In this document: one piece after another, positions 25,340 to 37,400 of the stretch
Layout of the letters: each line of letters begins with the position of its first letter
How positions within the stretch are numbered: position 1 is the first letter of the stretch
DNA from: Eledone cirrhosa
Lineage: Eukaryota
Direction: 5' to 3'
DNA: 64,000 nucleotides
Assembly: GCA_964016885.1 (NCBI GenBank)
Contig: OZ024740.1
Span: 428,854,001-428,918,000 of the forward strand
Notes under the pieces: generated by a model
Database searches by the model: none
The model's input: the letters and a program-made list of their open reading frames with translations, nothing else
What the model was told of the DNA's origin: nothing
Translations under genes and position numbers: made by a program

Positions 25340-25440
25340 CATATTTCTCATTCTATCTTCTGAAGAAGGACTACTGTACGATACGTTAAGGCGCTTTTTC
25401 TACTACACCAAGCGTTAAACTAATATATTTCTTCATTGAA
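25340..25440 (+). mobile_element. Decayed hammerhead-bearing repeat, family HH-F copy 1
   Basis: TCTT-CTGAAGA-aGGACtactGTAC-GATA-CGTT-AAGG (GAAA mutated). Homologous to 25925-26030. Confidence 0.55.
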
Positions 25441-25641
25441 TCGTGTTGTTTGATTTGATATTTGCGTTTACATTCCGTGTCTACGTGTGTGGATGTAGGA
25501 ATATGATATATTGCAAATGACTATATATATATATAGCTTCGTATTTACATGCACACACACTCTTTTACTCACATATACACACACATTTCTTCTTAGCTTC
25601 GTACGACACGTATAATAAACACATACAAACACACACACACT

Positions 25642-25709
<68 letters not shown>

Positions 25710-25938
25710 CTTACACACGTGCACGAGTATAGCTTTTTTTACAAAACGTTTTTTTTTTTTCATTTCAGGTAGCCGCGCTCCATCATCCACTTTTCTAAAA
25801 ATAAATCATACACAAAACGCCAGCACCAACAGTTTTGCAAGAGATGTCAACATGAATGGACCTGTTATTTTTATCTAAAGACATATTTTTCCAATTCCAA
25901 CCCGCCTGTCCCCTCAATCTATCTGATTTCTCATTCTT

Positions 25939-25974
25939 TCTGCTGATGAAGGACTAGCGTCCGAAACGTTGAGA
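25939..25974 (+). ncRNA. Minimal hammerhead motif, family HH-F copy 2
   Basis: CTGATGA-a-GGAC tagc GTCC-GAAA-CGTT-GAGA. ACGT palindromic stem III, G.G mismatch at the base of stem I. Confidence 0.6.
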
Positions 25975-26067
25975 CCCTCTTCCTGCTATATCAAGCGTTA
26001 ACCTAATATATCCCTTCCATATACTGTACCGATTTTGTTGTTATTTCTATTTACCTTTTATATACAT

Positions 26068-26123
<56 letters not shown>

Positions 26124-26310
26124 CAGTGTGTACGAGCTTTTCCTTTAAAATAGTCCAACATAGCGAAACATATAGCCATGTGTAACAAATCCTATTTATC
26201 TTAATACAATATACAATACTATTCTTGATATCTAACCCGGTTTTGAATCCATTTATTAAAAGTGGTTAATAGTTTATAAGTAGCATTGCAACTAGTGTAT
26301 ACATACATGC

Positions 26311-26403
<93 letters not shown>

Positions 26404-26551
26404 CATATATAAAAAAAAACACTACAGATTGCCTTGCCTCAGAATGAATTTCTCTAGACTTTTGACTGAGGAATGTTCTCACAACTGACCAATAATAGAA
26501 GATGTCCGCTGAAATTCGTTTGTTTAAATTCATATGATTCCAGTTCCTCAA

Positions 26552-26760
26552 TGAAACAACAACCCAACCAGGAACTGGGCATATCAGAGTATTGACAAGT
26601 TATACACCTCAACAACATGTGTACTCGTCTCTACCACACTAATTCGGACTGCCTGAAGAGGTCACAGCCAAAGATGGCTGTCACCGAAATATATATAGCA
26701 GTAATAAACGAAGCCAAATTTTAAACATTTGACTTATTTATTTTATTTTATTCTACATAA
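26552..26760 (+). mobile_element. Single-arm HH-D copy
   Basis: Near-identical to 22618-22760, plus the upstream segment found inverted in the 22.6-kb spacer. Confidence 0.85.
26648..26702 (+). ncRNA. Type I hammerhead ribozyme (HH-D)
   Basis: ACTGC-CTGAAGA-GGTCACAGCCA aaga TGGCTGTCACC-GAAA-TATATA-TA-GCAGT. One C.C mismatch in stem II. Confidence 0.83.
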
Positions 26761-26824
26761 ATAAATAAATATATATATATATATATACATACATACATTC
26801 ACACATACATACATATATACATAC

Positions 26825-27007
26825 AGGCACAAGGCCAGCAATTTTGGGGGAGGGGAAAGTCAATTAAATCGATCCCAGTGCGTGACTGGTTCTTTATTTT
26901 ATCGACCCCATGAGGATGAAAGGCAAAGTTAGATCATAAAGGGCCGTAACTCTATGCTGCAAAGCATGGCGTGCGACCCTCTACCGATACTGTCAATCCC
27001 CCGCCCT
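26825..27007 (-). mobile_element. SINE family A copy (longer subfamily, internal deletion)
   Basis: GGCACAAGGCCAGCAATT...ATCGACCCCATGAGGATGAAAGGCAAAGTT...CCGCCC. The B-box region is missing. Confidence 0.85.
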
Positions 27008-28344
27008 AAAGAATGAGAGAAAAATAAGAATTACTCTATGTGGGAAATAACAAATCAATAACATTTGTTGCTGGGTAAATAGTGAGATCGAATCTAAGTT
27101 TCCCTTACGAGAATAAAGTAATAAATAAATTAATGAATGACAAAATCAATAATTGATGGAAGAAATGACCAAAAACTGACTCCAACCAAATAAGTGGACC
27201 ACGACAAGAAAACTGACCTGAAGCTATTGAAGTAATTAAGTCGACTAGCATGGAGGGAATTTTGAAACAATGAATCATCGTGGCTTGTTGGATCATTAAA
27301 CATTTGTCGGGAAGTATAGAGAAGAAAGAAGTGAGAAGCTGAACAATCTAGAAGTACTAGAGACATTAAGCGAAGCGATATCAGTTGGAACCAACTTCGG
27401 TGGTCGCTGAAGCTTATATGAAACCATTGAAACAGTGAAGTAATTGACCGTATAAAATTGCTGCATTAAACATTCAAAGATTACAGCATATTTAGAAAGG
27501 AAATTTCTCTTCCCATCACACCACTAACACCATTATTACCATTACTATCACTAGCACCAAGAACATCAGCAACTTAACCTGCACTATTTCAAACGTCACC
27601 ATCACCACTAAATCCTCACTAACATGTTTGATAGCTGAAGCACTTCTATTCATTCATTATATACGATTGCCGTTAAGGTCATTTGTCTAAAGAGTTGCAC
27701 TAGCCGAATGAATAAATGTATTGACTTCTGAACTGGTGAGGTTGTATGTTAACAGCCTATCAATGGCCTCAATGGTGATTTGCAGTGTATTTAGACAAGG
27801 TACTGATATGCTTCCTCTCTTTATTCTAAAATAGATATAAAGCTGAATTTCTTACTTTGGCACAATATTTCATACATTAAGAAAGTTATATCTCATAATC
27901 TGTTGAATTGTAGGTTCAGTAACTGCAGAACTCCTCTTCATATTGGAATTCAAGGGTTAATATCTTAGAACGGTTTCTCTTAGGATTTAATAGATTATGA
28001 AACTTTGTGATTTTAGTCAGTCTGAGAATTTGTGTTATGTGCTTTTTATGAATAAGGACGAGATATTATTTAGAAGTGTTTATTTTTAATTATTAGAATA
28101 TCAAACTTGGTAGTAAGTGTGATTTCTTATAAGTGGCACCTGTGGAATAAGAATCAGCGAATGGAAGTCGCACCTGTTTATTATTAAGGTAGAAACTGAG
28201 GGAAACTAAAATTGATAGACTGGGAGTTGCAGAAATCCAGGTCAACATAGGATGCTGTGAATCAGAGCATATAAGAAGACCCCTTTATATTTCTACTTCT
28301 GTGTACTCTCAAGTTTTCTGACAAATACAATTGTGATAACATTA

Positions 28345-28532
28345 CGGTGGATTGGCAGTATCGGTAGAGGGTCGGACGCCATGCTTTGACGCATAGAGTT
28401 ACGGCCCTTTCCATTCTGAGTTCAAATCCCGCCAAGGTTAACTTTGCCTTTCATCCTTACGGGGTCGATAGATAAAGTACCAGTAATACACTGGGTAATT
28501 GCTGACCTTGTGCCAAAAGTAGAAACAATTAT
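28345..28532 (+). mobile_element. SINE family A full-length copy
   Basis: CGGTGGATTGGCAGTATCGG...GAGTTCAAATCC...GTAGAAACAATTA. Confidence 0.9.
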
Positions 28533-28637
28533 TTTTGTAAGGAACCCTCCTTTCCAATAATCCTAACCAGAATAACGTATTTAGCCACACTATCATCCAA
28601 TGTCAGCTTCTAAAAGTCTAAAGTCTGTCTCGAGTCT

Positions 28638-28703
28638 GGAGGCTCATCAGGCCAGAGTTTATCTTGGTTTCCGTGGCGTGATGTGACTAAGAGTACAAGA
28701 CTC
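28638..28703 (-). mobile_element. SINE family B 3' fragment
   Basis: Reverse complement resembles 11815-11872. Confidence 0.6.
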
Positions 28704-29369
28704 TGAGTGTACTGGGTTGTAAAACGTTATTTGGCGGGAAATAATTCTGTTTTACCTGGATATTTACTAAACGTTGGTGATATTGGCTGCAAAATTATGT
28801 TTTCTTAATATAGGAAGAGTTTCCTAAGAATGTTGCTCGACTATAGACTGGGCTCCTATTTCTAGATCAAACTATTTCATATCATACCACTCCAGTGCAG
28901 CATGTATCGATGGAGTTGGATCTATAATATATTAACTGTAGATTTCCTTCAGAGTACACCAAGCTGAAGTCTGTGACGTCTCTATATGAAATTCTGTACA
29001 GATGATATTACCCCCCTCTCAAGAATTCGGGAATTTAACAACACTCCAACCCCCCACCCCGCGCGCGCCAGTGTATCTTCTGTTGGTCCTTATTATGAGG
29101 AATAATTTAGGATGTCCCATCTTTAAGGTAAAAATATTTTAAGTGACTAATCATTGAGTTTGATTTTACTGAAGAAGGTTAACTGTGATCTGAGATTCAT
29201 ATCTAGTATATTGATGAAGATGAAATTTCAAACAACATTTAAATGATTTGATATCACAGTTCCTCTGAAACATTTGTAAGGGATTAAAAATAATTATTTG
29301 ATGAAAGAAGATTGAGTTTCCTTTGATACTTTTGTATATGTATATGTACACACACATATATACATATGT

Positions 29370-29625
29370 CTAGGGCGGGTAAAATTCCCGAGATCCATGG
29401 ACGAGTTCTCTCCAGCGGTCTCTGTGCCTCATTATCGCTGCCACGTTCTGCGTCTCCAACAGACCAGTGTCTGTCCTTAGGACATCAACATATGTTAACC
29501 TTGGTCTTCCTCTTCCAGTGTGTCCATGCAGGGGCTCCCACAGGAGCACTGAGCGCAATGTCAACTCTGGATATCGGTGAGCATGTCCAGCTAACTTCAG
29601 TCTCCTCTGTGTCACTCTCGCAGAA
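29370..29625 (-). mobile_element. RTE-type LINE 3' end (same family as 23.1-23.4 kb)
   Basis: RRLKLAGHAHRYPE...LLWEPLHGHTGRGRPRLTYVD...RDRWRELVHGSREFYPP*. Confidence 0.88.
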
Positions 29626-29664
29626 GATAATAAATATACACCATGCAATAAACAATTATGGTAA

Positions 29665-29703
<39 letters not shown>

Positions 29704-29744
29704 AACATGTTAAAATCCAAATTCAAAGAAGATTTCATCAATAA

Positions 29745-30270
29745 CTGGATAAGATACGGAATCTCCGGACCGTAACTATTAACTATCAAACCCAACAAGA
29801 CAGGAAACAACTTGAGAAAGACACTGTAAGCTAGGATAAAAACATTTAGTCTAGCAGGATATAACGAAACCGAAGTGATATATATACATGATAGCGGACA
29901 TACTGTAATTACCAATCAGCAAACGACAGCTAACATAAAAGCAAATGGCTTCAGAAAAACAATTTAAGCTACAAGTAATATAAGATATATAGCCAAAGAG
30001 ATATACGTAAATAGGATATGAAGTAAATGAACTGGATGTAAGAGAAACAAAACAGGTTATGAGAAACAAGAAAAATTGAACGGCAACTGACTCTACAGAA
30101 AAGATTCCAAACAACTACATCATGAATAAGATTATTAACAAGTGTCTGTTACAACAAAACATAAAACCGTAACTTGAGAAAACAGCATAAGAACACAAGT
30201 CAAGCGGACGTGACACTCTAATGTATATAAAGAAGAGAAAGTAGAAACATTTTAGCCAGAAGTTCAAAAT
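29745..30270 (+). pseudogene. Possible heavily decayed APE endonuclease of a LINE
   Basis: Motif remnants in the expected order across frameshifts: RNLRTV (cf. WNVRTL), LAGYNETE (cf. LGISET), SGHTVI, II.QVSVTT (cf. IIQVYAPT), EKVETF. Confidence 0.4.
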
Positions 30271-30394
30271 GAGTCACGGGTAAAGAATATATAATGTAAT
30301 AAATATACATACTCTTACACATATTACAAATATATTTAGTACACTTTTGACAAACTCGAAAATTCTAATACATACACACACACCACAAACACCA

Positions 30395-30454
<60 letters not shown>

Positions 30455-30542
30455 TATATATATATATGTGTGTGTATGTGTGTGTGTGTAAATATGGATG
30501 TATATGTATATATGTATATGCATGTGTACATATGTATATATA

Positions 30543-30890
30543 TGCGCGGTGACATAGAAATAGTCGGGCTGGACACCCGATCGCGTGGTTAAACCACTGG
30601 GAGTGAAGGACCCCTAGCCTTTGGCAGGGCATTCTTCTAGGAGAAGGCAACTCAGGAAACTGGGATAACACCGACATAAAACCTGCGACTCAGTAGTTAC
30701 CGATGATGATCTTTTCTTCTTTTCGGCTTATAGCTACTGTCGCTCAGAGAGTGGGATTGGCTCAGTACACTGTCTTTCCTCACTTTAAAAAAATCTTCAC
30801 CGCACAGGCATTGCACGATAGTTTAATTGATAATTATTAATAATCTTATATCGTGCAATGGCCATACTCGATAACGAGGGGGCAGCCAAC
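30543..30890 (+). mobile_element. Family C element, uninterrupted copy
   Basis: Matches 12471-12775 plus 12961-13005. Internal hairpin ATTGCACGATA...TATCGTGCAAT. Confidence 0.8.
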
Positions 30891-30943
<53 letters not shown>

Positions 30944-30983
30944 GAGAGAGAGAAAGAAAGAATGAGAGAGAGAGAGAGAGAGA

Positions 30984-31028
<45 letters not shown>

Positions 31029-31067
31029 GATTTTCAACTCGTGTAAAATCCACTCTGTGAAGCGCGC

Positions 31068-31327
31068 GTCCTCGAGTATGGTTTGCTAATTTGTTGTGGA
31101 ACTAACTCTATACCGAACTCGTCCTTTCGAATGAGTGCTCTACTTACTACGGATATAACTTCCTGACTTTTTAATACACACACACACACCACACACACAC
31201 ACACACACACCCACACACACACACCCACACACACACACACCCACACACACATATATACATATATATGTGTAAATATTCAATTCATAATAGATATGAATTC
31301 TACAGGATTAGAGCTCTTTTATTTGTA
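31068..31327 (-). repeat. Family D copy (internal (CA)n)
   Basis: Reverse complement of 14441-14648. Confidence 0.78.
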
Positions 31328-31440
31328 AAAAAACAATCAGCAAAGTCTTTCATTTTCTTACTTTTAACATTCAGAATTGAAATCCCGTTGAGGTCAAGTT
31401 TACGTTTTATCTTTTTTCTGAGTTTAATAAAAGTGTTAAG

Positions 31441-34400
31441 AAACACTCAGGTGAGCTGCACAAAAGGTCTTCAGAGAAGAAACTCACGGGAGAGCTGGAC
31501 AGTAGTAGATCTTCAGAGAAGAAACTCTCAGGAGAACTGGACAACAGAAGGTCTTTGGTAAAGAAACTCTCAGGAGAGCTGGACAACAGAAGCTCTTTAG
31601 AGAAGAAACTCTAGGGAGAGCTGGATAGCAGAAGGTCTTTGGAGAAGAAACTGTCAGGTGAGTTGGACAGCAGAAGGTTTGCAGTGAAGAAACTGTCAGG
31701 AGAGCTGGACAGCAGAAAGTCCCCAGAGAAGAAACTGTCAGGAGAGCTGGACAGCAGAAGGTCCTCAGAGAAAAGACTGTCAGGAGAGCTGGACAACAGA
31801 AGGTCTTTGGAGAAGAAACTGTCAGGAGAGCTGGACAACAGAAGGTCTTTTGAGAAGAAAATGTCAGGAGAGCTGGACAACAGAAGGTCTTCAGAGAAGA
31901 AAGTGTCAGGAGAGATGGACAGCAGAAGGTCTTCAGAGAAGTAACTGTCAGGAGTGCTGTGCAGCAGAAGGTCTTAAGGGAAGAAACTGTCAGGAGAGCT
32001 GGACAGCAGAAGGTCTTTGGTGAAGAAACTCTGAGGAGAGCTGGACAGCAAAAGGTCTTTGGAGAAGAAACTCTCAGCAGAGCTGGACAGCAGAAGGTGT
32101 TCAGAGAAGAAACTGTCAGGAGAGCTGGACAGCAGAAGGTCTTTGGAGAAGAAACTCTCAGGAGAGCTGGACAGCAGAAGGTCTTTAGAGAAGAAACTCT
32201 CAGGAGAGCTGGACAGCAGTAGGTCTTTGGAGAAAAAACTCTCAGGAGAGCTGGACAGCAGAAGTTCTTTAGAGAAGAAACTTTCAGGAGAGCTGGACAG
32301 CAGAAGGTCTTTAGAGAAGAAACTCTCAGGAGAGCTGGACAACAGAAGAACTTCAGAGAAGAAACTGTCAGGAGGGCTGGACAGCGGAAGGTCTTTGGAG
32401 AAGAAACTGTCAGGAGAGATTAACAGCAGAAGGTCTTCAGAGAAGAAACTGTCTGGAGAGCTGGGCAGCAGACGGTCTTTAGGGAAGAAACTGTCAGGAG
32501 AGCTGGACAGCAGAAGGTCTTTGGTGAATAAACTCTGAGGAGAGCTGGAGAGCAGAAGGTCTTTGGTGAAGAAACTCTCAGGAGAGCTGGACGGCAGAAG
32601 GTCTTTGGAGAAGAAGCTGTCAGGAGAGCTAGACAGCAGAAGGTCTTTGGTGAAGAAACTCTGAGGAGAGCTGGACAGCAGAAGGTCTTTGGAGAAGAAA
32701 CTCTCAGCAGAGCTGAACAGCAGAGGGTCTTCAGTGAGGAAAGTGTCAGGAGAGCTGGACAGCAGAAGGTCATGAGAGAAGAAACTGTCAGGAGAGCTGG
32801 ACAGCAGAAAGTCTTTGGAGAAGAAACTCTCATGAGAGCTGGACAGCAGAACGTCTTTGGAGAAGAAACTGTCAGGAGAGCTGGACAACAGAAGGTCTTT
32901 GGGGAAGAAACTGTCAGGAGAGCTGGACAGCAGAAGGTCTTCAGAGATGAAACTGTCAGGAGAGCAGGACAGCAGAAGGTCTTTGGAGAAGAAACTGTCA
33001 GGAGAGATCGGCAGCAGAAGGTCTTCAGAGAAGTAACTGTCAGGAGAGCTGGACAACAGAAGGTCTTCAGAGAAGAAACTGTCAGGAGGGCTGGACAGCA
33101 GAAGGTCTTTGGAGAAGAAACTGTCAGGAGAGATGGACAGCAGAAGGTCTTCAGAGAAGAAACTGTCACGAGAGCTGAGCAGCAGACGGTCTTTAGGGAA
33201 GAAACTGTCAGTAGACATGGACAACAGAAGGTCTTCAGAGAAGAAACTCTGAGGAGAGCTGTACAGTAGAGGGTCTTCAGAGAAGAAACTGTCAGGAGAG
33301 CTGGACAGCAGAAGGTGTTTAGAGAAGAAACTCTCAGGAGAGCTGGACAGCAGATAGTCTTTGGAGAAGAAACTCTGAGGAGTGCTGGACAACAGAAGGT
33401 CATTGGAGAAGAAACTGTCAGGACAGCTCGACAGCAGAAGGTCTTCAGAGGAGAGAATGTCAGGAGAGCTGGACAGCAGAAGGTCTTCAGAGAAGTGACT
33501 GTCAGGAGAGCTGGACAGCAGAAGGTCTTCAGAGAAGAAACTGTCATGAGGGCTGGACAGCAGAAGGTCTGCAGAGAAGAAACTGTCAGTAGACATAGAC
33601 AACTGAAAGTCTTCAGAGAAGAAACTCTGAGGAGAGCTGGACAGTAGAGGGTCTTCAGAGAAGAAACTGTCAGGAGAGCTGGACAGCAGAAGGTCTTCAG
33701 AGAAGAAACTGTCAGGTTAGCTGGACAACAGAAGGTCTCAGAGATGAAACTGTCAGGAGAGATGGGCAGCAGAAGGTCTTCAGAGAAGAAACTCTCAGGA
33801 GAGCTGGACAGCAGAAGGTCTTTGGAGAAGAAACTGTCAGGAGAGATCGGCAGCAGAAGGTCTTCCGAGAAGTAACTGTCAGGAGAGCTGGACAACAGAA
33901 AGTCTTCAGAGAAGAAACTGTCAGGAGGGCTGGACAGCAGAAGGTCTTTGGAGAAGAAACTGTCAGGTGAGCTGGACAACAGAAGGTCTTCAGAGAAGAA
34001 ACAGTCAGGACAGATGGACAGAAGAAGGTCTTCAGAGAAGAAACTGTCAGGAGAGCTGGGCAGCAGAAGGTCTTTAGAGAAGAAACTCTCAGGAGAGCTG
34101 GACAGCAGAAGGTCTTTGGAGAAGAAACTGTCAGGAAAGATGGACAGCAGAAGGTCTTCAGAGAAGAAACTCTCAGGAGAGCTGGACAACAGAAGGTCTT
34201 CAGAGAAGAAACTGACAGGAGAACTGGACAGCAGACGGTCTTTGGAGAAGAAACTCTCAGGAGAGCTGGACAGCAGAAGGTCTTTAGAGAAGAAACTCTC
34301 AGCAGAGATGAACAGCAGAAGGTCTTCAGAGAAGGGACTGTCAGGAGAGCTGGACAACAGAAGGTCTTTGGAGAAGTAACTCTCAGGAGAGATTGACAAC

Positions 34401-37400
34401 AAAATGTCTTCAGAGAAGAAACTCTGAGGAGAGCTGGACAGTAGAGGGTCTTCAGAGAAGAAAATGTCAGGAGATGTGCAGCAGAAGGTCTTCAGAGAAG
34501 AAACTGTCAGGAGAGTTGGGCAGCAGAAGGTTTTCAGAGCAGAAACTCTCAGGAGAGCTGGACAGCAGAAGGTCTTTGGAGAAGTAACTGTCAGGAGAGA
34601 TCGGCAGCAGAAGGTCTTCTGAGAAGTAACTGTCAAAAGAGCTGGACAACAGAAGGTCTTCAGAGAAGAAACTGTCAGGAGGGTTGGACAGCAGAAGGTC
34701 TTTGGAGAAGAAACTGTCAGGAGAGATGGACAGCAGAAGGTCTTCAGAGAAGAAACTGTCAGTAGACATGGACAACAGAAGGTCTTCAGAGAAGAAACTC
34801 TGAGGAGAGCTGAACAGTAGAGGGTCTTCAGAGAAGAAACTGTCAGGAGAGCTGGACAGTAGAAGGACTTTAGAGGAGAAACTCTCTGGGGAGCTGGACA
34901 GCAGAAGGTCTTTGGAGATGAAATTGTCAGGAGAGCTGGACAGCAGAATGTCTTTGGTGAAGAAACTCTGAGGAGTGCAGGACAGCAGAATGTATTTGGA
35001 GAAGAAACTGTCAGGAGGGCTGGACAGAAGAAGGTCTTCAGAGAAGAGACTGTCAGGAGAGCTGGATAGCAGAAGGTCTTTGGAGAACAAACTGTCAGGA
35101 GAGCTGGGCAACAGAAGGTCTTCAGAAAAGTGACTGTAAGGAGAGCTGGACAACAGAAGGTCTTTGGATAAGAAAGTCTCAGGAGAGCTGGACAGAAGAA
35201 GGTCTTTGGAGAAAAAACTGTCAGGAGAGCTGTACACTTGAAGGTCTTTGGAGAAGAAACTGTCAGGAGAGCTGGACAGCACAAGGTCTTTGGAGAAGAA
35301 TCTCTCAGGTGAGCTGCACAGCAGAAGATCTTAGGAGAAGAAACTCTCAGGAGAGCTGGACAGCAGAAGGTCTTCATAGAAGGAATTCTGACTTGAGATA
35401 GACAGCAGAAGGTCTTTGGTGAAGTAACTGTCAGGAGAGATGAACAACAGAAGGTCTTCAGGGAGGAAACTGTCAGGAGAGCTGGGCAGCAGACGGTCTT
35501 TAGAGAAGAAACTGTCAGGAGAGCTGGACAGCAGAAGGTCTTTGGAAAAGGAACTGTCAGGGGAGCTGGACAGCAGAAGGTCTTTGCAGGAGAAACTGTC
35601 AGGAGAGCTGGACCGTAGAAGGTCTTTGGAGAAGAAACTGTCAGGAGAGCTGGACAGCAGAATGCCTTTGGAGAAGAATCTCACAGGTGAGCTGGACAGC
35701 ATAATGTCTTTGGAGAAGAAACTCTCAGCACAACTGGACAGTAGAGGGTCTTCAGAGAAGGAACTGTCAGGAGAGGTGGACAGCAGAAGGTCTTCAGAGA
35801 AGAAACTGTTAGGAGGGCTGGACAACAGAAGGTATTCAGAGAAGGAACTGTCAGGAGGGCTGGACAGCAGAAGGTCTTTAGGGAAAAAACTGTCATGAGA
35901 GCTGGACAGCAGAAGGTCTTTGGAGAAGAAACTCTCAGGAGAGCTGGACAACAGAAGGTCTTTTGAGAAGAAAATGTCAGGAGAGCTGGACAACAGAAGG
36001 TCTTCAGAGAAGAAAGTGTCAGGAGAGATGGACAGCAGAAGGTCTTTGGAGAAGAAACTGTCAAGAGGGCTGGACAGCAGAAGGTCTTTGGAGAGGAAAC
36101 AGTCAGTAGAGATCGGCAGCAGAAGGTCTTCCGAGAAGTAACTGTCAGGAGAGCTGGACAACAGAAGGTCTTCAGAGAAGAAACTGTCAGGAGGGCTGGA
36201 CAGCAGAAGGTATTTGGAGAAGAAACTGTCAGGAGAGATGGACAGCAGAAGGTCTTCAGAGAAGAAACTGTCAGGAGAGCTGAGCAGCAGACGGTCTTTA
36301 TGGAAGAAACTGTCAGTAGACATGGACAACAGAAGGTCTTCAGAGAAGAAACTCTGAGGAGAGCTGTACAGTAGAGGGTCTTCAGAGAAGAAACTGTCAG
36401 GAGAGCTGGACAGCAGAAGGTGTTTAGAGAAGAAACTCTCAGGAGAGCTGGACAGCAGATGGTCTTTGGAGAAGAAACTCTGAGAAGAGCTGGACAACAG
36501 AAGGTCATTGGAGAAGAAACTGTCAGGACAGCTGGACAGCAGAAGGTCTTCAGAGGAGAGAATGTCAGGAGAGCTGGACAGCAGAAGGTCTTCAGAGAAG
36601 TGACTGTCAGGAGAGCTGGACAGCAGAAGGTCTTCAGAGAAGAAACTGTCAGGAGGGCTGGACAGCAGAAGGTCTGCAGAGAAGAAACTGTCAGTAGACA
36701 TAGACAACAGAAAGTCTTCAGAGAAGAAGCTCTGAGGAGTGCTTGACATTAGAGGGTCTTCAGAGAAGAAACTGTCAGGAGAGCTGGACAGCAGAAGGTC
36801 TTCAGAGAAGAAACTGTCAGGTTAGCTGGACAACAGAAGGTCTCAGAGATGAAACTGTCAGGAGAGATGGGCAGCAGAAGGTCTTCAGAGAAGAAACTCT
36901 CAGGAGAGCTGGACAGCAGAAGGTCTTTGGAGAAGAAACTGTCAGGAGAGATCGGCAGCAGAAGGTCTTCCGAGAAGTAACTGTCAGGAGAGCTGGACAA
37001 CAGAAAGTCTTCAGAGAAGAAACTGTCAGGAGGGCTGGACAGCAGAAGGTCTTTGGAGAAGAAACTGTCAGGTGAGCTGGACAACAGAAGGTCTTCAGAG
37101 AAGAAACAGTCAGGACAAATGGACAGAAGAAGGTCTTCAGAGAAGAAACTGTCAGGAGAGCTGGGCAGCAGAAGGTCTTTAGAGAAGAAACTCTCAGGAG
37201 AGCTGGACAGCAGAAGGTCTTTGGAGAAGAAACTGTCAGGAGAGCTGGACAACAGAAGGTCTTCAGAGAAGAAACAGTCAGGAAAGATGGACAGCAGAAG
37301 GTCTTCAGAGAAGAAACTCTCAGGAGAGCTGGACAACAGAAGGTCTTCAGAGAAGAAACTGACAGGAGAACTGGACAGCAGACGGTCTTTGGAGAAGAAA

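Noticed and set aside
25762-25795. Possible minus-strand terminal exon (KWMMERGYLK*)
   Set aside because: Too short to identify, with no supporting upstream exons.
28638-28652. Minus-strand CTGATGAG core
   Set aside because: Part of the SINE B tail, with no stem II/GAAA arrangement.
29166-29206. CTGAAGA-stem-GAGA hammerhead-like motif
   Set aside because: GAAA is replaced by GAGA, and stems I and III are marginal.
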